Made by a program: the position numbers and the translations under genes | The notes under the pieces: model-generated | Seen by the model: the letters and a program-made list of their open reading frames with translations, nothing else | The model's database searches: none | What the model was told of the DNA's origin: nothing | Assembly (NCBI GenBank): GCA_036172245.1 | Contig: JAYWIR010000070.1 | Span: forward strand, 310,001 to 374,000 | Source of the DNA: Raillietiella orientalis | Taxonomy: Eukaryota | Direction: 5' to 3' | Length of the DNA: 64,000 nucleotides | Shown here: positions 49,701 to 62,705 of the stretch, one piece after another | Numbering within the stretch: position 1 is the first letter of the stretch | Layout of the letters: every line of letters begins with the position of its first letter

Positions 49701-51752
49701 AGTGCTGAAAGAGGGGACCAAAGAGAAACAGAACACACTTCGTAAACTCCCGTGAACAGGACCAAGCCCATCAAAAGTTGCTCCCGCAGCTGGAAGAGCT
49801 CACGCAAACCATACTTGTGAAACTGCCCTTTGTCCAGGAGAAAAGCAAGAAGCAGTTTGACAAAATTAAGAAGCGCACAAAAGTCATCAAAAGGCAGCTC
49901 GAAGAGTCTCAGAAAGAGTGCAGCCGAGAGGAGGCGCTGCGTAAAAGCTCAGCATGACCTGGAGTACGTCTCCGAGTCGGATGACACAATGAACCGCAGG
50001 CAGACTATTCTCAAGTCAAAGATACGCTCCTCTGAGACGAGGAGAAGCTGACTGAGCACAGGCACCAGCTTACGTAGCTTCATCACCAAAAAGAGAGATT
50101 CCTTGCCAGTGGAGGAAGAGAGCAGCACAATGAAGGATACCGTGGATGGCGAAGACGAGAAATGACCAGTATTCTCCTCCCTAATGTTCTCGCACGTGCA
50201 CGCGCGTTCTACCGAAGAATCAAGTTTGAAGAGTATCAGATCTTCCTACATGGGAACAGAAGGGCACTACTTTGGAGGAAAATTTTTTGGAGTTTCCTAT
50301 ACAGATGATTAAGGAAGGGCATCATTTCGGATGTCGAAAACATGCGAATTTCATTCAGGGGAGCAGTGGATGAACCCGCGTGCACCGTGGGACCATTAAA
50401 AAGTACGGAGTTCTTGACTTACGACCTCTGTAGCTCTTCGCGTGCATCTCCGATATTCACTTTCCACTTCGAAGAGCGTGAAGGTCATTTGGGGATGCTT
50501 TTTCCTGAATTTCTTCCCTCTGTTTTCTCTTGAATTTCCACCCATCTCTTCTAGTATGAATTCGGAATTGGTTCGGCGGACTCTTAAATCAGACTCACGG
50601 GTCACTCTTGTATTCGTTCTGTCCGATGAATAACACTTTCTTGTACCAGCATACACGTCTTTCGCTGTTGCGCCATCCTTACCTTCCAGCCTCTATTGAA
50701 GATGAGCGGCTCCTCCAAAGGTTTTCTGGACGCCATCCTCACTCCCTCTCCTGGAAGATCGTTTCCCTTTTTGCCTCTATCACGCTGCCCGCTGGTGCTT
50801 CGCCTCACCATTCGTCGCCATACAAATTCTGTCCACTGGCGCCAGTTGGCAATCCTTCTGCTTGTTCTTGCGCTGAGGATTCCTCAATCCTTCCTGGTCA
50901 GTTATCCTTTTCGTGACGGTACTCTAGGATTTCAAGGTTCACGTTCGCTGACAGTTGTTGCTACTGATCGATCTGCCTTCTAGGGTACGGAGAGCTGCTT
51001 CTTTCCTGCCATCTCTGTGCCTACAGAAACCTCTCTAAGGTCCATTTGATCAAAACTTCGGATTATTTACTTCCTTTTCAAGTTTGAGGAGTCTGAACTT
51101 GACAGCTTGAGAAGTCATCTTGAAAAGACTACCGTTGAGCTTTCAGGGTGCATTCTGTCCCTCGGTCACCTAAGTACTAAAGTACCGGGTGTGTTCCCGT
51201 CACAACCGTCATGCGGGTCCGTTATTTAGTTCGGTCCTGCCCCCAAAAGATAACCATGACCTCGGTCTCCTAAAGTGACCGAGTCTCCTTCTTGATCCCT
51301 TCACAAGCTCCTCTCTATCAGATGAAAGTCACCCCAGTATGTCATGCGACCGCGACGCTTGCTGAAGATACGTGCTCTCAAGCTGATTCATGGATTCTGG
51401 ACGGCTTCTTTCATTTCCAAGAAGGAACAGGCAATTACCTTCCATATTGAGGAGTTCGCAGAATCGAGGAATTGGGAAATCGTGTTGTGGCCACCTGAAG
51501 CAGGGTGTTTGATGGGCGGGATGGTGCCACCGTCGACCTTCACAGAGAACGCGTTCCCTGAGCTTTCACTATTCTCCTCCCTATACGCAGAGCTCCACAG
51601 TGCGCATAATGTTCTCCGGGTGGACACTCCGAAACACACTCTAGTGCCCCTGATATAACATCAGAACACGACTACTATGGCAGAAAACCAAGAAAAGAAA
51701 ATCATTTCCAGGGGATCCAGTTAAACAATGTCTCACTAGTCCTCCGCTAGAA

Positions 51753-51783
51753 ATGTTTGGCCATGTTTCCCTGTTCCTCTGCG
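51753..51783 (+). CDS. M28 peptidase-fold protein, coding exon 1 (MFGHVSLFLC; start of signal peptide)
   Basis: ATG at 51753 and phase-1 donor G|GTGTGT at 51784. A 65-nt intron joins it in frame to exon 2, giving the hydrophobic signal-peptide-like MFGHVSLFLCVYFLGLLALARC. An AG just upstream (51749-51750) hints at a further 5' UTR exon. Confidence 0.65.
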
Positions 51784-51848
51784 GTGTGTGAATCAGATTC
51801 CAGGAGAGGCATCTTCCGGTTTCCTAAAATAGCTTGTTTTTCGGACAG

Positions 51849-52066
51849 TGTACTTCCTGGGACTCCTCGCCTTGGCTCGCTGCAAGGACCTGGAAGTCAT
51901 CACCATCATAGACAAGTACTTCAGCAGACCTAGGCATCCTGCGACGAACGCCGAGTTCTGGAATGGGACCCGGAACTTCATCTGCGAATTTATGAGGAAC
52001 CAGGGGTTGAACGTGACCTTACAAGAATTCGACTCTGAGGTTCCCAAGGAGAATGAACTCCTGCAG
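51849..52066 (+). CDS. M28 peptidase-fold protein, coding exon 2
   Basis: Acceptor ttgtttttcggacAG and donor CAG|GTAGGT. It encodes ...IDKYFSRPRHPATNAEFWNGTRNFICEFMRNQGLNVTLQEF..., the typical M28 N-terminal R-H / helix / GL.V..Q.F pattern. Confidence 0.85.
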
Positions 52067-54406
52067 GTAGGTCCCGCGACGTCTTTCCTCTCTCTATTAA
52101 CTCCGCGTGGGTGCCCGAGGACGGTGCATCGCGTGCCGACTCACGGCGAGAGGGACGGTGGCAGAGGTCGAATGCGATAAGAATGAGATGCGCGACCCAA
52201 AGAGACTTCCTCTCTCAGTCTGTGCAAACTCCTCTCGTTCGACTCGACGTCCCTACTCTAGAGGGTTCTGTTGAGTGCTCATGCCATGAAGCGATCACTG
52301 GACGGAATCCAAGAGACGGCAGGGGTTCCGGTCTACCGTCGAGGTGAGGGGGGGAAGAGAGGTGGGGATGAGGAGGGGGGGAAGCGGCAGTCGCCAGCAA
52401 ACCTGCTGTGACCCCTCAAGGCATGTCACATGAGGCACCCTTCCGGCCCTGCCACTCTTCGAGTGCCCTCCTCTGCAAACTTCAGAGAATATCGGACTGC
52501 CGTCCTCCTAGACCCACCACAAGTAAGACGGAAGAGTAGGGAGGGATGGAAGAAAACTCGGGCCCCTGATCGGCACCGTAGAGTTGCCAGTCGAACCACC
52601 AGTGGACAGAGGGTGGGGTAGCAGCGCAGAAGGCGTCTTTGCACGGCTGCGAGGCATTCCCGGAATCCCCCGCAATTTCGCTTCCCAACTCATCGGGCCA
52701 GCTTGATTTGTGGCCCGGCGGCAATCTGTAACAGCGGGAGCAGGGGGAATAGGAGGAACGGGGTTCTCCCGGAGGGTTCCAAAGCTCCGGATAAATGATG
52801 GCTCGTGATATACATGGCGACAATGCCCTTGTTCTTCCGGTTCCTCCGAGGACTCGCATAGGAAGGAGGGGAGGTTCACGAAGCTGCGAACGACAACGGA
52901 CGGAAGTGCGGCTCTAGTGAAGGGAAGGGGAGATGGGTTACGTGGCGTTTCGAAGGCTCCGTAGGGGATAAAGGTTGGGTTCGGTCCCCCTCCCGGAAGT
53001 CCCAGATCACGACTCCGTAGGCCGACCGACATCTGTGTGTTGTGGTAGAAGAAAAGAAGGCCGGAGGGATAGAAGGGATTGCGTGTCCTGGAATGAAAAA
53101 GAAATCGCTAGTTGTTGCTGCTCCGATTGGCTTCAGCTGAAAGAAATGGGAATAAGAAGATGGAGGCGATGACCGTTTTCAGAATCGAGGATCAGTTCAC
53201 TCCCATATTCCCTCCAGGGTATTGGGAGCTCCGTTCGCTTGCCGTCCTGCTGGGGCAGAAGAAGGTCTTGACGGGTGGTCAATTCGTCTCTGGACTCGAC
53301 CGAACTGGTTCTAATACTCCCCTGGTTATTTCGAATGGACTCGTCAAGTCTTGTAGCTATCCTGGGTCGAGCACCCTCCGGCAGCACTCCGACGGCTTCA
53401 AGCACTGCCCTTCTCCTTCCATCATGGCTGGTCAGGAGGATCATTCGCTGAAGACACTCCAGGCACTCCCCCGACTTCAGCGAGTCCGTGGGATCGCTGC
53501 TTCTGGAACTGCGTCCTTCCCCCCGTAACTCCATATCGCTTACTCCCTCGCAGATCGACTCATGGACTGCTTCGAGACGGTGCGAACGGGAACACCTGGA
53601 CCGGGATGAAGTCTTCCTTCAGCTCCGGTTCCTTTTCCTTGGTGCGAGAAAAACCCACCTCGCGGACGGTGAAGGCCTGGATGAAGGGGCTGCGCGGGTC
53701 GCGGTGAGCCACAGGCTGCAGCAATAATATGCACTCGTGGAGGACGCCCCTGACCTCTCCTGCCTGTTTTTCCTGGTAGTGGCAATTGCGAGACTACTCC
53801 CGCCTGATGACCAGCACTGTTTCGTGATAAGTGACGCCTACGCAGTGTTTCTAGCCACCCGTCCCGTCTCGTCTCGCGTCTCCGCGAAAACCCAATGTTG
53901 TGCATCGCCACTGTCGGAGAGCTGGCGCTCCTCGGTTCCTGAAAAAGGGTAACTTCCATGAGGATCTTGTCTTCCCTCGTTTGAAGGGAGCGGCCCAAGG
54001 AGTGGTCTCTTCCTTCTCCTCGCTCTGATGCTTGGTCGGGACCCTATGGAGCCAGTCTGCGTTTCCCTTCAATAGCGCGCTGAGGAACGCACGTCCCCCT
54101 CGGAGCTTGCTGCCACGCGCCGCTGCAACAACGAGGCAAGGAACCTTCCCGTTCGCACCCTCCTCTGCCTCTGCTAATCTCCTGTTTACTCCTCCTCCCA
54201 ACCCCGTCCGCCTCCGCCCGCGAGAACGAGCGACTGGAAAGATAGCAGCAGCCAGAGCAGCGAATTCTTGAACGCCCTACTGGGATTCCTTTCCAATTAA
54301 GACGTTCCCACGGTGACAGAAAGTCAATGCTTGGAGAGACTTGAAAAGGGAGGGAGGGGTAAAGACATTGGAGAGTGGGTCATTCATGCGTTCTCTCCGC
54401 TTCCAG

Positions 54407-54649
54407 GTGACCGGAGCGAACGTCATCGGGGTGCTGCCTGGCACGGCATGGGGGACAGACCAGGATCGCATCCTGGTCCTGGGAGCGCATTTTGACAGCG
54501 ACTCCACGATCAGTGGGGTGAACGACCTGGGCTCTGGAACCGTTGCTCTCTTGGAACTCTTAGAGCGGCTGAAGAGAAGCCTTAAAGACACCTGCAAGCT
54601 GGTCTACTCCGTCATCTTCGTTGCCTTCGACCTGCAGACGAGAGTCTAC
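54407..54649 (+). CDS. M28 peptidase-fold protein, coding exon 3 (core motifs)
   Basis: Acceptor ctctccgcttccAG, donor TAC|GTAAGT, 243 nt, phase 0-0. It encodes GANVIGVLPG...ILVLGAHFDS...GVNDLGSGTVALLE...VIFVAFDL, the hallmark M28 motifs. Confidence 0.93.
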
Positions 54650-55148
54650 GTAAGTAGCGGTCCAGCTTTACTCCCTCCTCGTCTCTTCCTTCCCGCATTT
54701 CTTCTCGGGGACGCGCGCGGTCCGCAACCCTCCAATACCTGTGAAGGTGGAGAAGTTTCGGTTCGGCGGAAGGAACCCTCGCGAGCCGCTGGTCCTTCGA
54801 TGTTCCACGCAGGCACTCTGAGATCTTGCGCGTATCTCCCTCCTGAAGTGGATGACGGCGTGACCTTCAGCCCCCGCTCGGCACCCGGGAGGCGTCAGGA
54901 GACGGCATCCCTTAAGACGACGAGATTTCGCGAGCGTTTCCCTTCCTTCCCCTCCCGTCCCTAGAGTGGACATCTTCAGGAGACCTGCGGGCTGCCCATT
55001 CTCCGTGAGGGAACCCAGGAAGGGAGAAGGAAGCCCTCGTGGCAATCGCATAGGAGGCAGATTTTCCGAACGAGGGGCGAAGGCGCATCTTCTCGCAGCT
55101 TCCCTGCCTGGGAGCTCATGGCGCGCCAAAACGCTTGCTTGGATGTTC

Positions 55149-55172
55149 CATCATCCAGGAGCCTGGATGATG
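55149..55172. repeat. Perfect inverted repeat, 11-bp arms, 2-nt loop
   Basis: CATCATCCAGG-AG-CCTGGATGATG. Confidence 0.9.
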
Positions 55173-56167
55173 ATCACAGGAAAGCGAGTAGAGGAGAAGG
55201 AGGGAGGAATCTTACGGGGATTTGGGAGTGGCTCCAGGGTCGCCTGAGGGCATTTGGGACGAAGGTGAGGCGCGCATCAGAAGGGCGGAGCGCTTCTGAC
55301 AGGAAACAGGAAGCCGAGATCTTCCTGGAGCGCCAGATGAACGATCCCCGGCTCGTTGTTCTCCCTCCCCCCCCTCCTCGAGCATCTAGCGGAGATCTGC
55401 CACTTTCTTCCGCAGCGCGCTTTCTGCTAGGCGGGAAAGACGGAGAAGACCGGCTCGTTGCGCCCTCTCCAGGCAGCACACGAAACTCGGCAGCGGGTGT
55501 AGGTGAGCGTAAGAACCAGAGAGCTTCTCTGGAAAGGACGTCCCCTAAGAATGGCTGAAGGGGGAGAGCGGAGCCGGGGACCAAAAGATCCGATTCCCTG
55601 GAAAGCGATGCGAACGGACATAGCGAAAAGCGCGAGCCCCGTTTGGCCTCGTTTCCCAATCCGAGAGAGGCGAGGATCTCCACCGCCACCCTCGACATCC
55701 CTCTCTTTCCTCACGTGAGTGGCGCTCTTGCAGAGAGATCGCCTCGTAGGATGTGGAACAGTGCTGCCAGGTTCTAGCGAGCCACGAGCTACGACCCCAG
55801 CATGCTCATTCTCAGTACTATTATTCTAGACCCCGTCACTTTCCACTTCCAACTGCACTACCCCACTACCGCCTTTGCATGCTGCGGGTGTAGGCATTCG
55901 TGGGACTCTGAGAGTGGGGGACTGGGTGCGCCGCCGCTCCCCAGCCCTCCCTTTGTAGGGAGGGGAGGTCGGCGTCTTTGCTCAGAGGGAACCCGGTTGT
56001 CGCGGTCAACGAGTGACCTCGTCGTTCATGGGCGACGGTCGACCTCGGTGAGAGTCTCCGCCGCGGTCTTTCCCTTCTGTCTCTTCCGGAGCATGGGACC
56101 CACATGCAAACAAGTCCAGCATCCCTGCGCGCTTCCCGGACGGAGCTTCCTTGTCTGCGACAGCTGG

Positions 56168-56200
56168 CCACGGGCAGACCACGGGCAGACCACGGGCAGA
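56168..56200. repeat. Tandem repeat, 3 exact copies of the 11-mer CCACGGGCAGA
   Basis: Directly visible in the long M28 intron. Confidence 0.92.
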
Positions 56201-59200
56201 GGCACTGCCGACCCTCTCCTTTCCCCCTTGCGCATCCTTGCGGAGGCGGCTCTCGAGTTCCTCGGGCAGGGTGAGGGGAGAGAGCCTTGTGCATTGGTAC
56301 TCGATGACGCGGCTTTCCGAACGAGATCCTTGAATGGATCTCGATGACCAGTTCATCATTCGCGGTTCATTTCCCCTCTCCAGTCGCTCCTCTGCAGCTG
56401 TGGGAAAGATGGATGCTTCCCCTTCAAGGGATCTGGGGAGCTCAATTTGGGGATTTCATCAAAGCTTTCTCCCCGCAGAGTGGCTTGTTCGCAGCTTCCG
56501 GAGCTGCCGCGTTATTGTTGTGAATTTATCCCCTGACCTGTTGACCATCCGCGGGCTCAGACTGTGCGATGGAATTTTTCGAGCATCCTGAAAGACGAAG
56601 AGGATTCCTGTTGAGTGGCGGTCATCGCGCTCCAACTGGCCACTCGACGACGGCGAAGCAGGAGTGACGGCGCTGCAGGGGACTCCACGCACAGTGATCG
56701 AAAAACCATTCTTGCTCCCTCGGCGCTGCGCACCCGCCAAAAGCAGTCTCCCTTTACCGTGGCAGCGACTGGGTTCGCTAAAGACACGCTGACCCAAGGA
56801 TGTGTTCGACGCTTTTGAGACCGTGGCTGAACAGTGGCTGCAGTGGAAGGGGGTGCGTAGGCGCGGTTGTCATGTTTGTTTTTCTCGCATGGGATGGCGG
56901 AGAGGCATAGGCAGAGGAACAGCGTTGCCACGAAACACGTTCCCTTTCTCCAGACCTACTTCCTAGGAAAAATTCGCCGAAACAGGAAACCCACGGTGAA
57001 TCTCGTAATCTCACAGTCCAGAAGAGGAAAGCTCATCCTAACCGTAATGCCAAGTGGAAGTAGACGTGCCATGAATACAAGGTCACAGAGGTTTCTATGG
57101 ATTTGAGCGATATGTCCAACAAACGTTCGTGATAAAGCTCCGGGTAACTGAACCTAATCCCTCCTTCCCCTTCCAAAGCGCCCGATGGATCTTTCCTTTC
57201 CTCTGGCTTCGTCGTGCTTCCCTTCGCTCGAAGGAGAGCTCCTCAGATGAATGCATCTTGAGCTGCCTTCGTTCGCGCCGGATAACTGCTTGCGCTACAA
57301 CTGGGTGAGGAGGGCGGAATTTGCCTTCCTGCTGAGGCCTCGACGACCCCTTGCTTGAAGCGCTACTCGCTCCGGCTAAGTTTTGCAGCCGGTGGATTTC
57401 AACAGAACTCGGCTAGTGCCAATTTCACCAAATCCAAGTGCTTCTCGGAACGCGCAGCATCCATATCCGGGGAAGTGAACGCTCGAGTTCCGCTTACAGT
57501 CTCCGGTACCACTGTACAGTGTAGTTCGAGGGATCACCAGATGCTCCTCGTTTCCAAAGAGCGCTTTCGTCTTTCCCGATACCTTTCTTCCCGGTGGCTG
57601 CTGCCCGCCACGCTTCTCTGCTTGCGTCCCGTTGCTTTCCGGTTTTTCAAGGCTGAGATATGCTTAAAACTTCGCAGGATACCGCGTAGAGACAGATCCA
57701 TTTTTATTTAGCAGCAAAAAGCGATTCCACCCTAGGTGACGCCTCAGTGGTATAGCAGGCAACTCATAAATCTCGATGAATCGTCTCCGCTAACCTGGTT
57801 GGAAGGGAGGGCAGGCTGGTAACGAAGGGAGTTTCTGCGAGTCAAGGGCTTAAAGATGCACCAAGCTGATGCGAGGATCAGCATGAGCCTTGTGGGCATG
57901 CGCAGCGTGCTGTGGCAAAAGTGATCTTCATGGTCACAGTGGACGAGCCTTCTGCACGTGCTGGCCCTTCTTGCGGTTTGCTTCGTACACCTCAGCGACA
58001 CAGCTTTTCTTTGTGCTCGGCGCCAACGGCACTGAGAAGAACGGCACTCGGGTAGGATGACACCTGTAAGCACGGAACCATCCGGGAATGCTTTACCGTT
58101 GGCGCAGTTTCCAACGAACTCTTCGGTTGCCGATGGACTTTCCGGCTCCCGGGGCAGCTTGTGTTACTCGCCTCGGAAGCGCCCGAGTCCCCCGTACTTT
58201 GCGTTCCTGTGGGAGTGCGTAGCTCGGGAGGAGTATGGAAGAGAAAATAAATAATGTTTTGCTTCCAGGATGGAAAAAAAAAATTCACTTTTATCCAGGC
58301 TTATCGATTATTCATGCGTTGTCTCGGTAGTTAGGATTGGCAACGAGATGAACCGACTTTATCCCGAGTTTGAAGAGAAACGAAGGCACGTGTTCCTTCG
58401 CCGGCGATGCATTCTAACTGCCGCGGTCACCACCTCCGCGGAGCGAACCGTCCGTCAGCAATCTGTCCAGGAATCTCTATCTCCCTATCCATTGTTTATT
58501 TTCCTCGCAGATCCGTTGCGAAACACCGCGGAAATTCTTCTAAGCCAAGGGACCAATTCCTTAACACTTTCCAGGAAGGATATATTTCTAATTCATCGTC
58601 CCCGTGGAGAACGTCTTAATTTTCTCCGTGTCATTCTTTATTTATGCGTGGATGCACGTTTTACTCCCATTACTCCTGCGGAAGAGATGGAGTCATCATG
58701 CTCTAATGAGGAGTGGACCTTCCAAAGGATGGATTTCTCTTTCTATCTATTTTTGTGTCCATGATTCGCTTCCGGATGGAATTGGGATGCCGTCGGCATC
58801 GATTTCTAATTACGATGAACTTTCGTTGTGGTGGATTCCCAGGAGACCCCTGGAGAGAATAAATTCACCTTGACGAATTTCCGTGATTGAAAACGCAGCC
58901 CGTCCGCGCCGCCCTTTTGTCCGGGATTCCGGGAGGAACACGGAGGATTTTCGACAGAAACGATGATGATGACGATGACGCGGCTCGGGGGACGCCGCTG
59001 CAGGCCAAACAAGTGCTCGTCCGATCCTTGCGCGTGAAAAAGAGAAGGTCTCTCTCTCCTTCATTCCTTCCTCCTCTCCTCCCCCCCCCTCCCATGTTGC
59101 TAGGTAACACATCCGCAGGCTCCGTCGACACTAGCAGAGCGAATTCGGAATTGTCATCGGCGTTTTCATTAATAGTTGATGCTGATGCATCACAATTTTC

Positions 59201-62200
59201 TGCGTTGTCTTCATCCGAGACACTTTCCGCTTCGTGCTCTCCTGTCCCGTGTGACGGACGAGGTGCCAATGACGCTCCCAGTCACGGAAATCCCATCCCC
59301 TTGGCTTCCCGACTTCGACTTTTCCTGTTTTCTTGCCTCCAGGAACCCTAAAGGAGTGCAACTCATTTTCCCTAGAATCGCATCTCTCTTCCCTTGAACG
59401 CCCCCTCTCGCCGCTTTGAAAAAAACGGGAGAGCGACGGTTCCGGGAATGCAGTCTGTGAAGACGCCCTCCTTCGTCTGGCACCTATGATGGACTTTTTT
59501 TGCCTATTTCTTCTCTTTTTTTTTACTCGCTCGATTACTCTTCCCAGCGATCCTCATTTCTCCCTCTTCCTCCTCCCCGTTTGAAAGTCATCCTTAACTA
59601 GAGAGAAACCAACACGGCAACTTCGCTCTTTACATGGACTTGCTCGAGGATTTGGAAAGGGCAGGGAAAGAGGGAGGTGGAGGCTGGACCGGCTGTGTTG
59701 AAACCCACAGATAAACGCATGCGACTTGCTTGCAGAGAGGGGGGGGATCTCCTAGCTCCCATGCCCCCAGCAGGGCACAAACTTATGAGAAGAACGACGT
59801 GGATTTACTGGTTTTCTAATGGGCACGCTACTGACCTTGGCCGGGTGTGTGGGGTACGTCTCGGTGAAACGAGCCTCGCCCTGCTGCTCGATGCTTATCT
59901 TTGCTCGAATATCCTGGTCACCGACGCAGCATCGGCCAGGTTAGCGGTTCAGCTCGCGACAACTCTTTGCCATGAGGACCGGCTGTTGCTGTCAGGGATG
60001 GAGGCAGACCGGAGCACCAGAGCCGAAGGGAGCGAGTTCCCCCATCCAAGAGGAGAGTCCGATCAAGCAAACCCTACCGATGGCACTCTGCTGGCTTGCA
60101 TGTGTCCTGACGGGACTCTGAGAAGCTTCGGACTGTCCTGGGTGCCGTGGACCTCCAGAAATCCATCGGAGGTGGGGCTCCAGCAGCAAGAAGAGTTTGA
60201 ACAGTCCTCGGGGAGAAGGAAAGAGCATCATGGTCTCAAGAAAAGGAGCTCTCCAGAGATGCTCTGAAACCACCCCCTGGGATAGAATGCAGCAGTTGCC
60301 TCAGGAAAAGGAAACAGCGCGGTTGAGATGCCTGAGTGGTCACGCGGCACAGAAGCGGACCGAGTGAGCGAAAGCTGCCCCTCAAGAGCCCACAGAATGG
60401 GCGCGGCTCGAATTCTCCCGCAGGCGACTACCCTGATGAAGCTGCCGCCTAGAAAGAACCAACACTAATTTCAACAATGAACGACTTTCCCCCTCCGGAC
60501 CCTGTGGTGAACACGGGGTCGTCGTCGTCTTTCCCCCCGCTTCCACCCTGCGAGCGACCGGAATGCAATTCCGCCGATGCGACGGCGATCTTCCGGCGCT
60601 CCTCTGAGAACCGGAAGCGTCCTCCTGATCTCCGGGGATCTTCTCGAAGATTCTCTCGGAAACATCCGACTCTTTGCGTGCGGAGGACGGACTCTCTTTC
60701 CTCCGTTTCAACCTGTCATCGGAACCAGCGCTCTCCGGAGGAGCACTCTTGAGCTTCCCCATCAGGATCATGCCAGCTTTCGTTAGATCCCGGAGGGAGA
60801 GCAGGATTCTCCTCCGCGAATGATGATGTGTTCGTGCGGGAAGCGAAATCACGAACGGAAGCCGCGTTGGGGAGGAGAGGTTGCCTGGGGAGCAGCACAC
60901 CCGAGGAGGAGTGACAGATCCTGAAGAGACGGATGAGGGGGAGGGGTGGAAGCAATCCTCTGGTACCTTGAACGTGACCTTCGATACTGCCGACACTGTC
61001 AAATCGAGACTCCTGGACCGAAAATCGAAGGACGATAGAATAAGAATAAATATTTCTCGTTGCCACCGCCTTATCAAGACGACCCCTGAGGCATTGCCGA
61101 CTTCGAGCTACCCGGAGGAAGACTCGTCTCTGGGCAGCGCGATCGCAGGTTTGCCCTCGAATTCTCAGTGTTGACAACGATTGCGGCAGGTCGCAGACAG
61201 TCCGAACTAAGCTGTGGACTCTGCTTTCTTAGCTGTCCTCAGCAGAGAAAGCAGAGTCCTATCGGAGAGAATCATTGTTCGCTTGCTTCTTCGGGATATC
61301 CCCCCAACCTCCTTGCCCTGTCTCCCAGAGTGCGAGGGGAAGTCCGTTCCGAAGATCCACCCACCGGGGCTTGGAGATTTCTATCTGGCCCTTCCTCCTT
61401 TGCGATTAGGCAAAGGGCCCGAGAATGCACGCTCTTTACACAGGGAATGAATGCTCTGCAGCTCACATCCTCTCTCTCCGTTCATCACCTGCCACGTCTG
61501 GTCGTGCGCTCTTGTCACGAAGCGGGTTCCTCTCTCTCGCCAGCGCCGATGAGATGGAGGTCGCAGTTCCCTTCGGGAAATTTTTCCCTCCTTCAGCTTT
61601 TCCTTCCCTTGAAAGAAACGAACGAATCCTTCCTTGCTCTTCCCTGGCTGTGATTCTTTCTTTAGTGATAGCGAACGGGAAACAGCCGAAGAGCAGCATC
61701 CTTCTTCTCAGATGGAAGCATTCCATGGGGACTTCCTGCGAGAAACACTGCAAGCTGCTGGACAGGCATCTCGAATCCACTGTGATGAGGGCTTCTCCTT
61801 TTGCTGACAGAGCTGCTGTCCCTAAACTGAATAACACAAAGTCAGAGGTCGCATCCACTGGCCGCGAGTGCTTTCTCTGAGTTACCTATCTTCAGCATTC
61901 TCGATTCCCTCGAGCCCTAAATAGGTCCAAGAAAATCAGCCGCTAATAATCCATGGTCCAATCCACAATTCAGGATCCAGAAGTTCCCCTGACATTTTTG
62001 CTCCCACTGAGAACAACCTACACTTCCTTTTTCCCTCCCGGAACCACCTTTGTGAGATGCGCATCTACTCAGGTGGATGGCCGACAACTCAGCACACGCA
62101 TGCTCTTCCTCATCTCTTCTGCAAATCTAGAGACCTTGTGAGAAATTGCCCAGGAAGCGCATACATGAGCCCTCGAGCTCTGCTGGAAGGCCAGAAACCT

Positions 62201-62501
62201 CCAAGGCGCTCTGTGGATTCCGGCACTCTTCAGCAGACCGAAGGTTCGGAGGAATGAGATGCATCCCAGACTGCATTCCTCCCCTTCGGCATTCTTCTGA
62301 GCGCCCGAAAAAAATAGAAGCGGTCAAGGAATTTCTAATGGCGGTCTCAGCTCCTCTGTCATCACGGTCCGTCGTTTGATCCCTTTGTATTCCTCTTTAT
62401 TTTGCAGAGCGCGCCGCCTTGTTCGCTGCTGCTGCTTATCCTTTGCTCGTTCCTCTCTGAGTTTCTATCCATAGAGACAGAATCGCCTTTCTGTTCCCCA
62501 G

Positions 62502-62660
62502 AGCCGAGAAATCTACAAAGCTCCAGGGAGTGCGTACTTCCAAGAGTTTCTGAAGGACCTCACCAACACGAGCCAAGTGGTCGGCGCCTTCATACTGGAT
62601 TCAGTGATTAACGTCAACTCGTCTTCCCACAGCCAAAACCTTCCGGAAGGATTCCAGGAG
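62502..62660 (+). CDS. M28 peptidase-fold protein, coding exon 4
   Basis: Acceptor ctttctgttccccAG, donor GAG|GTGACA, 159 nt, phase 0-0. It encodes SREIYKAPGSAYFQEFL...VVGAFILDSVINVNSSSHSQNLPEGFQE (GS..F and GA.ILD motifs). In-frame alternative acceptors exist at 62474 and 62480, so the 5' edge is uncertain. Not present in the ORF track. Confidence 0.85.
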
Positions 62661-62705
62661 GTGACAGCGGCTCCGGGATGTAGCAGATACAGCGTTTCCT
62701 TCTAG

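Noticed and set aside
53560..53793. Minus-strand open frame in M28 intron 2 (PVAHRDPRSPFIQAFTVRE) with exon-like flanks
   Set aside because: No recognisable homology or partner exons, so a nested gene cannot be supported.
54650..54964. ORF-track extension of M28 exon 3
   Set aside because: Intronic read-through after a perfect GTAAGT donor; M28 similarity stops at the donor.
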